Part shown: one piece after another, positions 29,093 through 42,054 of the stretch
How positions within the stretch are numbered: position 1 is the first letter of the stretch
Layout of the letters: every line of letters begins with the position of its first letter
Position numbers and translations under genes: made by a program
The notes under the pieces: generated by a model
What the model saw: the letters and a program-made list of their open reading frames with translations, nothing else
Database searches by the model: none
What the model was told of the DNA's origin: nothing
Assembly (NCBI GenBank): GCA_964016885.1
Contig: OZ024757.1
Span: 30,752,001 to 30,816,000 of the forward strand
Direction: 5' to 3'
Origin: Eledone cirrhosa
Lineage: Eukaryota
Length of the DNA stretch: 64,000 nt

Positions 29093-29469
29093 CCCTTCCT
29101 ACATGCGTTTACTGGAATTCATTTATGTTTGGAGCAACACAACAGAATGACACAACGCTCCACCCCGTCCTAGAATCAAACCCACAACATTACAATTGTG
29201 AGTTGAACTTCCTGACCACTTGGCCACACCCCTTTCATGATCGCCATTGTACTTCAAACAACAGCAACAACAGCAACAAAACAAATAAAAACTTCACTGG
29301 AATATTGATGTTGTATCAATTATTTCAATAATAATTCAAAGTAGCTGTGTTTCTCGTTAAATTCATTAAGATAATTAAAGACAAATATTTGACAATGTTG
29401 TAATTTATTACATAAATTATTAATGGCTTTTTCGGAGGAGATTATTTTAGCTGTTTCTAATCATAAGCG

Positions 29470-29720
29470 GTGAAGGCACGTGGCCTAGTGGTAAGGGTGT
29501 TGGACTTACGATCATAATGTCGTGGGTTCGATTCCTAGACATAGGTTGCGTTTTGTGTTCCTGAGTAAAACACTTCATTTCACGTTGCTCCAGTATACTC
29601 AACTGAAAATGAGTACCAGCAATAGCTGGGGGTTTAAGTCTGCGATGGACTGGCATCCTCTCCAGGGGGAGTCTTGTACTCTGTCGCTTCACGTCATGAA
29701 ACCGGGATAAGCACCGGCTC
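29470..29720 (+). mobile_element. tRNA-derived CORE-like SINE followed by a tandemly amplified tail
   Basis: A-box TGGCCTAGTGG, B-box GGTTCGATTCC and CORE-like ttgtgttcctgagtaaaacacttcatttcacgttgctccag. Confidence 0.8.
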
Positions 29721-29721
29721 A

Positions 29722-30628
29722 AGCCACAGTCTAATGACTGCAACTAGTAAAGGAACAGTAATCCAGCATGGCCACAGTCTAATGAATGCAACCAGTAAAG
29801 GAACAGTGCTTCAGCATGGCCAGTCTTATGACTGCAAACTAGTAAAGGAACAGTGCTCCAGCATGGCCACAGTCTTATGACTGCAAACTAGTAAAGGAAC
29901 AGTGCTCCAGCATGGCCACAGTCTAATGACTGCAAACTAGTAAAGGAACAGTGCTCCAGCATGGCCACAGTCTTATGACTGCAAACTAGTAAAGGAACAG
30001 TACTCCAGCATGGCCACAGTCTAATGACTGCAAACTAGTAAAGGAACAGTGCTCCAGCATGGCCACAGTCTAATGACTGCAAACTAGTAAAGGAACACTA
30101 CTCCAGCATGGCCACAGTCTAATGACTGCAAACTAGTAAAGGAACAGTGCTCCAGCATGGCCACAGTCTAATGACTGCAAACTAGTAAAGGAACACTACT
30201 CCAGCATGGCCACAGTCTTATGACTGCAAACTAGTAAAGGAACACTGCTCCAGCATGGCCACAGTCTTATGACTGCAAACTAGTAAAGGAACAGTGCTCC
30301 AGCATGGCCACAGTCTAATGACTGCAAACTAGTAAAGGAACACTGCTCCAGCATGGCCACAGTCTTATGACTGCAAACTAGTAAAGGAACAGTGCTCCAG
30401 CATGGCCACAGTCTAATGACTGCAAACTAGTAAAGGAACACTGCTCCAGCATGGCCACAGTCTTATGACTGCAAACTAGTAAAGGAACAGTGCTCCAGCA
30501 TGGCCACAGTCTAATGACTGCAAACTAGTAAAGGAACAGTGCTCCAGCATGGCCACAGTCTTATGACTGCAAACTAGTAAAGGAACAGTGCTCCAGCATG
30601 GCCACAGTCTTATGACTGCAAACTGGTA
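29722..30628. repeat. 49-bp minisatellite, about 18 copies
   Basis: Unit ccagcatggccacagtctaatgactgcaaactagtaaaggaacagtgct. Confidence 0.95.
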
Positions 30629-30859
30629 ATAGAATATAATAATAATTAAAGACCAATATTTGACAATGTTGTAATTTATTACATAAATAATTAATGGATG
30701 TTTTTGTTTATTTGTAGTTGAAGAGTTTAGCTGTTGTTATGGCTTGTTTATAAAGTCTTTCATTTTATTGTAGTGAACTGTGAAAATTAAATGAGATGCT
30801 ATAGCTATAACTTTAAGGTGTGGCACAATGACTGACACATACACAGACAGATAGATATG

Positions 30860-31915
30860 TTTCTTTAGTAGCCACAGAGGCACAAAAGAAGGGGACAAAT
30901 ACAAAGGGGGAAGTTTACATACAATAAAAACGTGTAAAATATTATCACAAATGCAATTTAAAAATTAGTCGATTTTGCCCAATAGGAGGAGACAGTTCAT
31001 ATGGGTAACACATACCCCCGAAAAAATGTGCAACCCTCATCTCCAGGAGTACGAAGAGTTTGTACTCCCTTCCTCTCTTCCTCTTTTTCCTCAACCTACA
31101 GGCTGATATAGAGAGAAGGCCCATTCACTCGGGCCATTCTCGCCACTTTCACCCACCTTTCATAAAACTTGCTGGGGTACAGCACCTCTCTCTCCATCCT
31201 GATTCTTCTTCCAAAGTGGTATTTGAAAAAAAGAATCAGTTGTTGGCCGGAGAGAAAGGTGTCTGACCTCAGCCCTTTCAACCTTGTCCACCATACAACC
31301 TCTTTCGCCATAGCTATCACACAAAGGAAAACCGCCTCTCCTTCGTTTTTGAAGGAGGGTGGCGGTTTGATCATGACAATGGACTCGGTGGTCAACCGGA
31401 TTGGTCCCACCCGCGACAATAGTCGTTCTACATTGCCCCACAGGACGGTGACGCCCGGGCTGTGTATGAATGCGTGAGACGGTTTCTTCGTCTCGCACGC
31501 ACCTCGGACAGATCTCTTTTGCAGGGTCCCTGCCCGGGCGCTCATGTCTGTAGAGCTTGTCTCGAACTGGTAGAGCTCCTCGGTAGCACTGCCAGGCCAG
31601 GGACTTTTGGAAGTTGTCCATAGGTCCCGGGCGGAAGGTCCTACCGAACAGACTGGCCAGTTCATCTTCCTCTACGCCTAGAGTTTCACCGAGCGCGTCG
31701 TCGCACTTGCTGCGGATCAACCCTCTATAGAATGATGAAGGGGAGTCTCCACTGATCGCCGGGTCCGCCTGCCAGAGGGCTGTGAGCGCTTGAGCACATT
31801 CGATGTGCCAGTCGCCCATTTTCCTCGGTCTTTGCTTGACCCAGGACTGCAGCTCGGTCAGCGAGACGAGTCGTGGGAAGGCTCGCCTCACGAATGGGGC
31901 CCACACCGGTTGTCC
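30860..31915 (-). mobile_element. Tx1/L1-like LINE 3' fragment (zinc-binding domain downstream of RT, plus 3' UTR)
   Basis: 'LAWQCYRGALPVRDKLYRH...ICPRC..DEETVS..H' is a CCHC-type zf-RVT-like motif. Frameshifted and adjacent to GATA/GACA repeats. Related 3'-end pieces at ~32450-32960 and ~16190-16385. Confidence 0.75.
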
Positions 31916-31925
31916 GGTGAGGAAT

Positions 31926-32445
31926 GATAGATAGATAGATAGACAGACTGACAGATAGACTGATAGATAGATAGACTAACTGATAGATAGATAGACTGAC
32001 AGATAGACTGATAGATAGATAGACAGACTGACAGATAGACTGATAGATAGATAGACAGACTGACAGATAGACTGATAGATAGATAGACTAACTGATAGAT
32101 AGACAGACTGACAGATAGACTGATAGATAGATAGACAGACTGACAGATAGACTGATAGATAGATAGACAGACAGATAGACTGATAGATAGACTAACTGAT
32201 AGATAGACAGACTGACAGATAGACTGATAGATAGATAGACAGACTGACAGATAGACTGATAGATAGATAGACTAACTGATAGATAGACAGACTGACAGAT
32301 AGACTGATAGATAGATAGACAGACAGATAGACTGATAGATAGATAGACTAACTGATAGATAGACAGACTGACAGATAGTCTGATAGATAGATAGACAGAC
32401 AGATAGACTGATAGATAGATAGACTGATAGATAGTCTGATAGATA
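31926..32445. repeat. GATA/GACA/GACT tetranucleotide array
   Basis: Direct inspection. Confidence 0.9.
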
Positions 32446-33266
32446 TGTTTCTTTTATTTGCCACCAGGGCATCAACAGTGGGACAAGTACAAAGGGGGGA
32501 GTTTACAAAACAAGGTGTCCTCAATAAGGAGGAGGCAATAACAAAATATAAAAATAAAATAAAATATAACAAAAAATAAAATTAAAATTTATAACAAACT
32601 CCTCAATAGAGAGGAGGCGCCTTGGGGGGTCGCACACACCCCCAGACAGACAGATAGACAGACAAATAGATATATTTCTTTATTTGCCACAAGGGCGCAC
32701 AAGTAAAGGGGACAATACAAAGACATATGCCAGGGATTTTACATACAGTCGTGTAAAAATATAAAACAAACAATTATAACAATCGAAATCCCCAATAGGG
32801 GATAAGCCCCACAAATGGGTTGTTTAATACCCCGTAGATAGAACAACCCTCAACTCCAGGAGCGTGTTGCGCAAGTGTTCCCTTCTTCCTTTTGCTCTCT
32901 TCCTCAACCTACAGGTTTATAAACAGAGAAGGCCCAATCACTGGGGCCACCTTTCAGTAAATTTACTGACTGACTGACACACAGGCAGACAGAGAGACAG
33001 ACAAACAGACAAGATAGACTGACGTACATACATGCATATATACGGACAGACAGACAGTCATACACATATATAGACTCACAGGTAGACAGATAGACATACA
33101 CACAGGCATACACTCACACATACACACAGACTCACACTCAGACAGACAGACAGTTACACGGACTCACCAACTGACAGTCATATGTATATATATATATATG
33201 TGAAGTGCATATAAATATGTATATATATATTGTATAGATATATATATTCCAAAGAAGGTAACTTAC

Positions 33267-33367
33267 CAGTAATATATTGGCAAGATGTGCTGCCAGCAAG
33301 GCATAAACACCACCAGATGCTCCGACAAGAAATACATCCATATCAAAAACAGACGTTCCTAATGATC
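33267..33367 (-). CDS. Rhomboid protease exon C, with the catalytic serine: (G)[33 protein letters not shown]
   Basis: Acceptor gtcttttag| and donor CTG|gtaagt; 101 nt. Phase matches exon B (G+GA). Contains the GASGG catalytic motif. Confidence 0.97.
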
Positions 33368-33394
33368 CTAAAAGACAAGATATTCACATTAACA

Positions 33395-34785
33395 CGACTG
33401 GTAGAAGATATGAGAGTAAACTGGTAGAAGACATGGCACAGTAGACTGGTAGAAGACATTGTGTAACATACTGATAGAAGACATGACGTTGTAAACTGGT
33501 AGAAGATATTGTGTAATAGACTGGTAGAAGACATAACGTTGTAAACTGGTAGAAGATATTGTGTAATAGACTGGTAGAACACATGACGTTGTAAACTGGT
33601 AGAAGATATTGTGTAATAGACTGGTAGAAGATATTGTGTAACAGACTGAGAGAAGACATGACGTTGTAAACTGGTAGAAGATATTGTGTAATAGACTGGT
33701 AGAAGACATGACGTTGTAAACTGGTAGAAGATATTGTGTAATAGACTGGTAGAAGATATTGTGTAACAGACTGAGAGAAGACATGACGTTGTAAACTGGT
33801 AGAAGATATTGTGTAATAGACTGGTAGAAGATATTGTGTAACAGACTGATAGAAGACATGACGTTGTAAACTGGTAGAAGATATTGTGTAACAGACTGAG
33901 AGAAGACATGACGTTGTAAACTGGTAGAAGATATTGTGTAATAGACTGGTAGAAGATATTGTGTAACAGACTGATAGAAGACATGACGTTGTAAACTGGT
34001 AGAAGATATTGTGTAATAGACTGGTAGAAGACATTGTGTAATAGACTGGTAGAAGACATTGTGTAATTGACTGGTAGAAGATATGGCATTGTAGACTGGT
34101 AGAAGACATTGCACAATAAAATGGGAGAATATACTGCATAATTAACTTGTATAAGACATTGTTTAATAAACTAGTAAAAACTTTGTATAATTTATTGGTA
34201 GAAGATAGTGTAATATACTGGTAGAAGATATTGTATAGTAGACTGGTAGAAGACATGACGTAGCAGACAGGTAGAGGATATTGTATGATAGCTGACTGGT
34301 AGAAGACATTGTCTCATAAACTGGTAGAAGACATGCCATAGTAGTCTGGTAGAATACATTCCATAGTAGTCTAGTAGAAGAGATAGCATAGTAACTGGTA
34401 GAAGACGTATAATTTATTGGTAGAAGAAGACATATCATAGTAACTGGTAGAAGACATGACATAGTAACTGGTTGAAGACATGGCATAGTAGCCTGGTAGA
34501 AGACGTTTAATTTATTGGTAGAAGACAGCATAGTAACTGGTAGAAGACATGACATAGTAGTCTGTTAGAAGACGTATAATTTATTGGTAGAAGACATAGC
34601 TTAGTAACTGGTAGAAGACGTATAATTTATTGGTAGAAGACATAGCTTAGTAACTGGTAGAAGACGTATAATTTATTGATAGAAGACAGCTTAGTAACTG
34701 GTAGAAGACGTATAATTTATTGGTAGAAAACATAGCCTAGTAACTGGTAGAAGACATTGTATAATTTATTGGTAGAAGATATTAC
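33395..34785. repeat. ~25-bp degenerate minisatellite with an actggtagaagac core
   Basis: Alternating variants that form higher-order units; begins about 30 bp from the exon C acceptor. Confidence 0.9.
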
Positions 34786-35319
34786 ACAGTTGATAGTGAG
34801 ATGAGATTGCACAATTTGTGGTTTAACTGCACAGATGAACAGTTAAAAAAAGAAATAAAAACGTCACCATAAACCACTGACACAAAGTATTATTATTACA
34901 AACCATTGTTCACATTTTCATGTGATTTAAAGCAAATCTTTCTAAAAATCTTTCTAAAAATCTTTCTAAAGATCTACCAGGTGTCAACAACAACAACAGC
35001 AATAACAAAAGGCCTGCAGTTTAGAAATGTACCTGATAATAAAAGACAAAACAAAAAATACAACCTTTTTCTCACAGTGCTTATTATCAGTTCTGGAGAA
35101 CTTTAATATTTCTCTAATTGGTTTAGTAGATTGTTTTAGCTGGAAGCTTAGTTGAAAGTGTCTGTGGAATTCTTTGTTCAGCTTCTCCCCCCAACCACCA
35201 CCACACCCAACAGCAAACTTTACCAACACCTCATGACAATAATAATAGTAAGAAGAAGAATGGTAAGAATAATTGTTATTATAATAGTAGTAATAATAAT
35301 ATTAATGATAATAATAAGA

Positions 35320-36135
35320 ATTGTTTCTACTTTTGGCACAAGGCCAGCAATTATCCCAGTGTATTACTGGTACTTTATTTTATCGACCCCTTAAGGATGA
35401 AAGGCAAAGTTAACCTCGGCGGGTTTTGAACTCAGTCCGTAAAGGGCCGTAACTCTATGCGTCAAAGCATGGCGTCCGACCCTCTACCGATACTGCCAAT
35501 CCACCTAATACTTTCTTTTAATAATAATTGTTTCTACTTTAGGCACAAGGCCAGCAATTACCCAGTGCATTACTGGTACTTTATTTTATCTTTCTTTTAA
35601 TAATAATCCTATAATAATGGTAATAATAATAATGTTTCTACTTTTGGCACAAGGCCAGCAATTACCAAAGTGTATTACTGGTACTTTATTTTATCGACCC
35701 CGTAAGGATGAAAGGTAAAGTTAACCTCGGCGGGATTTGAACTCAGAACGTAAAGGGTCATAACTCTATGCTGCGAAGCATGTTGTCCAACATTCTACCA
35801 ACACTGCGAATCTGCTGGTAATAATAATTTCTAGTATAGGCACAAGGTCAGTAATTTGGGGGGAGGGGAAAGTTGATTAAATCGACCCCAGTGCGTTACT
35901 GGTACTTTATTTTATCAACCTCGTAAGGATGAAAGGAATAGTAATAATTTTCTACTTTTGGCACAAGGCCAGCAATTATCCCAGTGCATTACTGGTACTT
36001 TATTTTATCGACCCCGTAAGGATGAAAGGCAAAGTTAACCTCGGCGGGATTTGAACTCAGAATGGCAAGGGCCGTAACTCTATGCGTCAAAGCATGGCGT
36101 CCGACCCTCTACTGATACTGCCAATCTACCGCCTT
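35320..36135 (-). mobile_element. Tandem cluster of about 5 family-1 SINE copies and fragments
   Basis: Same consensus repeated head-to-tail. Confidence 0.85.
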
Positions 36136-36844
36136 CTATTCCGAAAGGAATAATAATAATAATGACTTCTTTATTAGCCACAAAGGGTTTACATCAAGAA
36201 AAACATGACAGTACAGAATGAAAACATAGTGTTGGTGTGTGGGTTTTGGTGTGTGTTGGTGTGTGGGTTTTGGTGTGTGTGTGTGTGTGTGGGTTTTGGC
36301 GCATGTTGGTGTGTGTGTGTTGGTGTGTGTGTGTATGTGTGTGTTGGTGTGTGTTGGTGTGTGTGTTAGTGTGTGTTGAGGTGTGTGTGTGTGTTGGTGT
36401 GTGTTGAGGTGTGTGTGTGTATGTGTGTTGGTGTGTGGGTTTTGGTGTGTGTGTGTGTGTTGAGGTGTGTGTGTGTATGTGTGTGTTGGTGTGTGGGTTT
36501 TGGTGTGTGTGTGTTGAGGTGTGTGTGTGTTGGTGTGTGTTGAGGTGTGTGTGTGTTGGTGTGTGGGTTTTGCCTGTAAACAAATTTTGACAATGTTAAA
36601 AAAAAAAAAGATTTCTATAAAATTAAAACAAAGAAGGAATAACAATAATAACAATAAATAGTTTTAACTGACACTGTCCATGCCTTGAGAAGGACATTAT
36701 CAATTTAAAAACCTTTCAAAGATATTTACTGATGTTAGTGCCCTTATGGCATCATTTGTATGACAATTGATTGTATAATGTCTGGAGGTTGACACTTCAG
36801 CATGATTTGGGAAAGAAGCAGAATTCAAAGGAAATTTCAAATAA

Positions 36845-37380
36845 TAATTGTTTCTACTTTTGGCACAAGGCCAGCAATTACCCAGTGCATTACTGGTACT
36901 TTATTTTATCGACCCCGTAAGGATGAAAGGCAAAGTTAACCTCGGCGGGATTTGAACTCAGATTAACTTTGCCTTTCATCCTTATGGGGTTGATAATGGT
37001 TTCTTATATAAGCACAAGGCCACCTATTTTTTGGGAGGCAGGGAAAGTCGATTAAATCGACCCCAGGGTGTGACTGGTACTTTATTTTATCGACCCAGAT
37101 CAACCATTGATTTTATTGAACTCAGATCATAAAGGGCTGTAACTCTATGCTGTAAAGCATGGTGTCCGTCCCTCTACCTATACTGCCAGTCCATAATTAT
37201 TTCTACTTTTGGCACAAGGCCAGCAATTTTCCCAATGTATTACTGGTACTTTATTTTATCGACCCCGTAATAATAAAGATTTCTAGTATAGGCACAAGGC
37301 CAGTGATTTGGGGGGAGGGGAAAGTTGATTAAATTGACCCCAGTGCATTACTGGTGCTTTATTTTATCGACCCCGTAAGG
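36845..37380 (-). mobile_element. Cluster of about 4 family-1 SINE fragments
   Basis: Same consensus; includes a short inverted piece at 36963-36996. Confidence 0.8.
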
Positions 37381-37629
37381 AACCACCCAAGGGCAACTCA
37401 GGTACCTCACCAATCCTGAAACACCTGACACTTCAAAGGAAATGGTAATAATAATGGTAGTAGCAGTAGTAGCAGCTAGCAGTAGACTTTATTTTTAATG
37501 TTGCACATGTATTCCTTTGATCTCAGTCTTTAGGTCATGGCATATCTTCTCAATTATCTCATCTTGTTTCTTGCATTACACACTGTCACCATTGTATATT
37601 AAATGGTGGTACCATGCTACTATTGTTTG

Positions 37630-38055
37630 GTGGTAGTGCTGGTGCCATGATAAAATATATCCAGTACTCTCTGTAAAATGGTAGTGCTGGTGTCATGATA
37701 AAACACACCCAGTACACACTGCAAAGTGGTAATGCTGGTGCCATGATAAAACACACCCAGTACACTCTGTAAAGTGTCAGTTCTGATGTCATGATAAAAC
37801 ACACCCAGTATACTCTGTAAAGTAGTAATGCTGGTGCTGCGATAAAACACACACAATACACCCTGTAAAGTGGTAGTGCACGTGTCATGATGAAACACAC
37901 CGAATACACATTGTAATGTGGTAATGCTGGTGCCATGATAAAACACACCCAGTACACTCTGTAAAGTAGTAGTGTTAGTGCTGCATTAAAACACATCCAG
38001 CCTACCCTGTAATGTGGTAGTGCTGGTGCCATGATGAAACACACTCGGTACACAT
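37630..38055. repeat. ~51-bp degenerate tandem repeat
   Basis: ggtagtgctggtgccatgataaaacacacccagtacactctgtaaagt repeated about 8 times. Confidence 0.85.
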
Positions 38056-38185
38056 AATTTTTGCTAATTTAAATAGAGACCTTTTAAAATGGGAGCTTTT
38101 GTGATGTAGAATCCAAAACAGTTTGGTTGGGTTGGTACCAAAAGGATTAAGGAGACAGTTCTAGTACAATATTACATATGGAATA

Positions 38186-38549
38186 TTTACTCTTTACCAT
38201 TTACACTACTCTATATATACTATTATATTTTCATGGTAAAGGCTTTACCTCACATAATTATCTCAAATAACATTTACATTACTCTATATATACTATTATA
38301 TTTTCATGGTAAAGGCTTTACCTCACATAATTATCTCACATAATATTTACACTACTCTATATATACTATTATATTTTCATGGTAAAGGCTTTACCTCACA
38401 TAATTATCTCACATAATATTGAATCTATGAGATTTTGATATCATTTATTTTGAGAACATCAGTATGAGCAGCCAGTTACAGCCAGTTTGAACAGAAAGAG
38501 GTGAGAAAATTCTGGCCAGATACTGCCAGTTTAAATGCTAAAGGGTTAA
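38186..38549. mobile_element. Second copy of the same MITE in the opposite orientation, with a ~70-bp internal triplication
   Basis: Ends in TAAATGCTAAAGGG-TTAA; the left end is degenerate. Internal sequence is the reverse complement of 46900-47060. Confidence 0.65.
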
Positions 38550-38817
38550 ATCCAGTATGAAAGGATCTCTTGTCTACTCTACCAGCACAAAAAGATCCAT
38601 GGAGTCCTCTCCCAGTACAAAAAAATATTTGGAGTCCTTCACCAGTAAAATCTATTGAATATTCCACCAGTATAAATTGAACCATGGAAATACTCCCACA
38701 CTATAAAAACATCTCTAGAATATTCTCCCAGTACAAAAGCATCTATGGCATACTCCACTTGTATGACATGGTCACTGGGACATTCAACTAGTACTGAAAG
38801 ATGTCTGTAATACTCAC

Positions 38818-38930
38818 CAGCTAAAACTCCTGCTAAATAGACAGCACCAATACGAAAGGATCCATGCACCATTTCCAGAGGTATACCAACCAAAACTTGT
38901 ACTAACATATTAAAAAACAAGTGAACCCAT
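38818..38930 (-). CDS. Rhomboid protease exon B: (G)[37 protein letters not shown](G)
   Basis: Acceptor tttatttcag| and donor G|gtgagt; 113 nt. Phase matches exon A (GG+A). Contains the HxxxN motif and '[19 protein letters not shown]', typical of RHBDL/rhomboid secretases. Confidence 0.97.
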
Positions 38931-39633
38931 CTGAAATAAAACATAAGAGAATGAAGTGAGACAATATTTCATGTGTGTGTGTATGTATATATATATATAT
39001 ATATATATATAGTTATACTTTGGGAAGCTAAAGATATTATTACTCAAATAAAACTCATGAATACATTTACGTATCTGCTATGTGAGAGTGAAAAACCAAA
39101 TTCTAATAATATTAGAATTTGGTTTTTTGCTCTCACATAGCAGATACGTAAATGTATTCATGAGTTTTATTTGAGTAATAATATCTTTAGCTTTCTATTT
39201 TATCTTCTTTTCCTAACTTTATCTTCTGAAGAAGGACTCTTTTCTTGCCATTTCAAGCGTTAAACTAATATATTTCTTAAATGTACTGTGTCATTTGCTT
39301 TGTTATTTCTGTTTTCCTTTTACACACAAACATTTGCCTGAAAGATAAGCAACATTAGCAGATATATGGTTGCTAAGACCTATGCTAGGGTAGCCTTTGA
39401 AACCTTAGGTAGCATGCAACCTTAGGTAGCATGCAACTGTGTTGAGATTTTATTTATAATAATTGTTTCTACTTTTGGCACAAGGCCAGCAATTACCCAG
39501 TACATTACTGGTACTTTATTTTATCGACCCTGTAAGGATGAAAGGTTAATGATAATTGTTTCTACTTTTGGCACAAGGCCAGCAATTACCCAGTACATTA
39601 CTGGTACTTTATGCACACACACATGTATGGGTG

Positions 39634-39665
<32 letters not shown>

Positions 39666-39726
39666 TTTATGAATATATATATGTACACACATTCCAGTGA
39701 ATAGAAAAGGTATGGAATCTACCAGA

Positions 39727-39768
<42 letters not shown>

Positions 39769-39850
39769 CAACTGCATGAATAATGTATATTCCTGTCTGT
39801 TGGAAACAATATGTGGTATTTATATTGGCTTGGCATCAGCTGGGTGGGTG

Positions 39851-39881
<31 letters not shown>

Positions 39882-39899
39882 GTCATATATTGTACTCTA

Positions 39900-39953
<54 letters not shown>

Positions 39954-40057
39954 TCACACCCATTTATTTATATATACACATACACATGAACATAAATACA
40001 TGTATATATATACATGTATATATATAAATACATGTATATATATTTACATACTCTGTA

Positions 40058-40113
<56 letters not shown>

Positions 40114-40844
40114 ACGTAGTTTAGAAAGCCACAACAATGCAGAGGGAAATCTCGAGGTAGGAAGTGAATGATAGATAAGAGAAATAGGAGAAAGTGAAAA
40201 TAGAGAGAGACAAAGATGAAAACAAAACAAAGGTAGAAGGGTTACCGTAGTGGAGATTTAATCCCAATATTTCGGGCTCACGCCCATCAATGGGGGAAAG
40301 TTCCAAAGGGGGGGAACAGGCCAAGCGGAGAAAGTTGTGATGTCGTTAAAACAGGAATGCCGAAATATTGGGATTAAATCTCCACTACGGTAACCCTTCT
40401 ACCTTTGTTTTGTTTTCCTCTTTGTCTCTCTCTATTTTCACTTTCTCCTATTTCTCTTATCTATCATTCACTTCCTACCTCGAGATTTCCCTCTGCATTG
40501 TTGTGGCTTTCTAAACTACGTATCTTACACATTTCACAATGCTTCAAGCAAACTTTAACACCCTCTTATATATATATATATTCAGGTAGATTCAGGCCAG
40601 TACATCCTTTTGCTCCTTCCCACCAATCAAAACAATATTGTCAAACTCTTGAACTTCTGTCTTTACCACATAGCATGTATTTCATTTTCTTATAGCATTT
40701 TAAAGGGTCCGTCGAGCTGCCGATCATTGAGTCGGGTAGCATCGATACAGATCGAACCTTGAGCTGATCAGTGGTGAAACGGGCGTCACCTACCAATAAA
40801 TATAATGAAGGAGTAACCAATCGTCCTTGTTATCCTTTCAATAT

Positions 40845-41030
40845 AATTGTTTCTACGTTAGGCACAAGGCCAGCAATTACCCAGTGCATTACTGGTACTT
40901 TATTTTATCGACGCCGTAAGGATGAAAGGCAAAGTCAACCTCGGCGGGATTTGAACTCAGATCGTAAAGGGACATAACTATGCTGGAAAGCATGGCGTCC
41001 GACCCTCTACCGATACTGCCAATCCACCGC
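40845..41030 (-). mobile_element. Family-1 SINE, head-to-head with a family-2 SINE
   Basis: Matches the family-1 consensus, including the B-box (ggatttgaactc on +). Confidence 0.8.
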
Positions 41031-41069
41031 CATGTTATCCTTTCAATATAATACACTGCAAAGTGGTCG

Positions 41070-41380
41070 TGGAGGTGCCATGGCTTAGTGGTTAGAGCAT
41101 TGGCCTTGCAATCGAAAGGTTGTGAGTTCAATTCTCAGACCGGGTGATGTGTTGTTTCCTTGAGCAAGACACTTTATTTCACATTGCTCCAGTTTACTCA
41201 GCTGTAGAAATGCAAAGTGGTCGTGGAAGTGCCACGGCAAAAAAGCACCCAGCACTCACTGTAAATGAGGTTGGTGTTAGGAAGGGCATCCAGCTGTAGA
41301 AATCAAGCCAGAATCAGTTTCCGTCCCACCCTTGCAAGCAGGGAAAAAGCGGACGTAAAATGAAATGATGAATGATGATG
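41070..41380 (+). mobile_element. tRNA-derived SINE, family 2 (CORE-like centre, ATG-repeat tail)
   Basis: A-box TGGCTTAGTGG, B-box GAGTTCAATTC, then tgtttccttgagcaagacactttatttcacattgctccag and the tail ggtgttaggaagggcatccagctgtagaaa...atgatg. Other pieces at 48360-48580 and 56553-56863. Confidence 0.8.
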
Positions 41381-41475
41381 ACACTCTCTATAGCTCTACA
41401 CCTCATCACAGAAGTGAACCTAAACATCGAGTGCTCTCCCGGGTGAACCTGCAGTAACTCCAAGTTACACCCCCT

Positions 41476-41523
<48 letters not shown>

Positions 41524-42054
41524 GATAAGTATAGAAATTATTGTAGCGAGAAGCTAACAGTATTCCATAATATATATATATAACATAATATATATATATA
41601 ATATAATATAATATATATATAATATAATATAATATATATATATAATATAATATAATATAATATATATATATACATATATATATATATGAAAAGAGTTATG
41701 GTTCACCTAGTATCTTACCATACCCTTTTTGTTATATATATACATATATATATATATATATGTACATATGTGTGTGTGTGCGTGTGTAGGTGTATGTCTG
41801 CATATGTCACCATGGACATAATTTTTTCCTAGTTAGCATGGGTTGCATGAGGCTATATTGAGGTAGTTTTCATACAGTTCTTTCTGACATCAGCCCTAGC
41901 TCGCCTGTTCTTTTAAGTACGGCAGTGATCTTTGCATGTTGAAGCACAGAACTGTGAAACATTTGTTTATGTGGGACGTAAACCAATGTCGTGACTAGCA
42001 GGGCTAAATGCTAAGTGATGACACATACTGAGTTGTGTTTGTGTAGGTTGAATG

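Noticed and set aside
29470-29540. tRNA-like A/B boxes here and at 6278 and 41070
   Set aside because: No complete cloverleaf, and each is followed by a SINE body. These are SINE heads, not tRNA genes.
26638-30628. CRISPR-like appearance of regularly spaced repeats
   Set aside because: There are no unique spacers and no cas genes, and the context is eukaryotic. These are tandem repeats.
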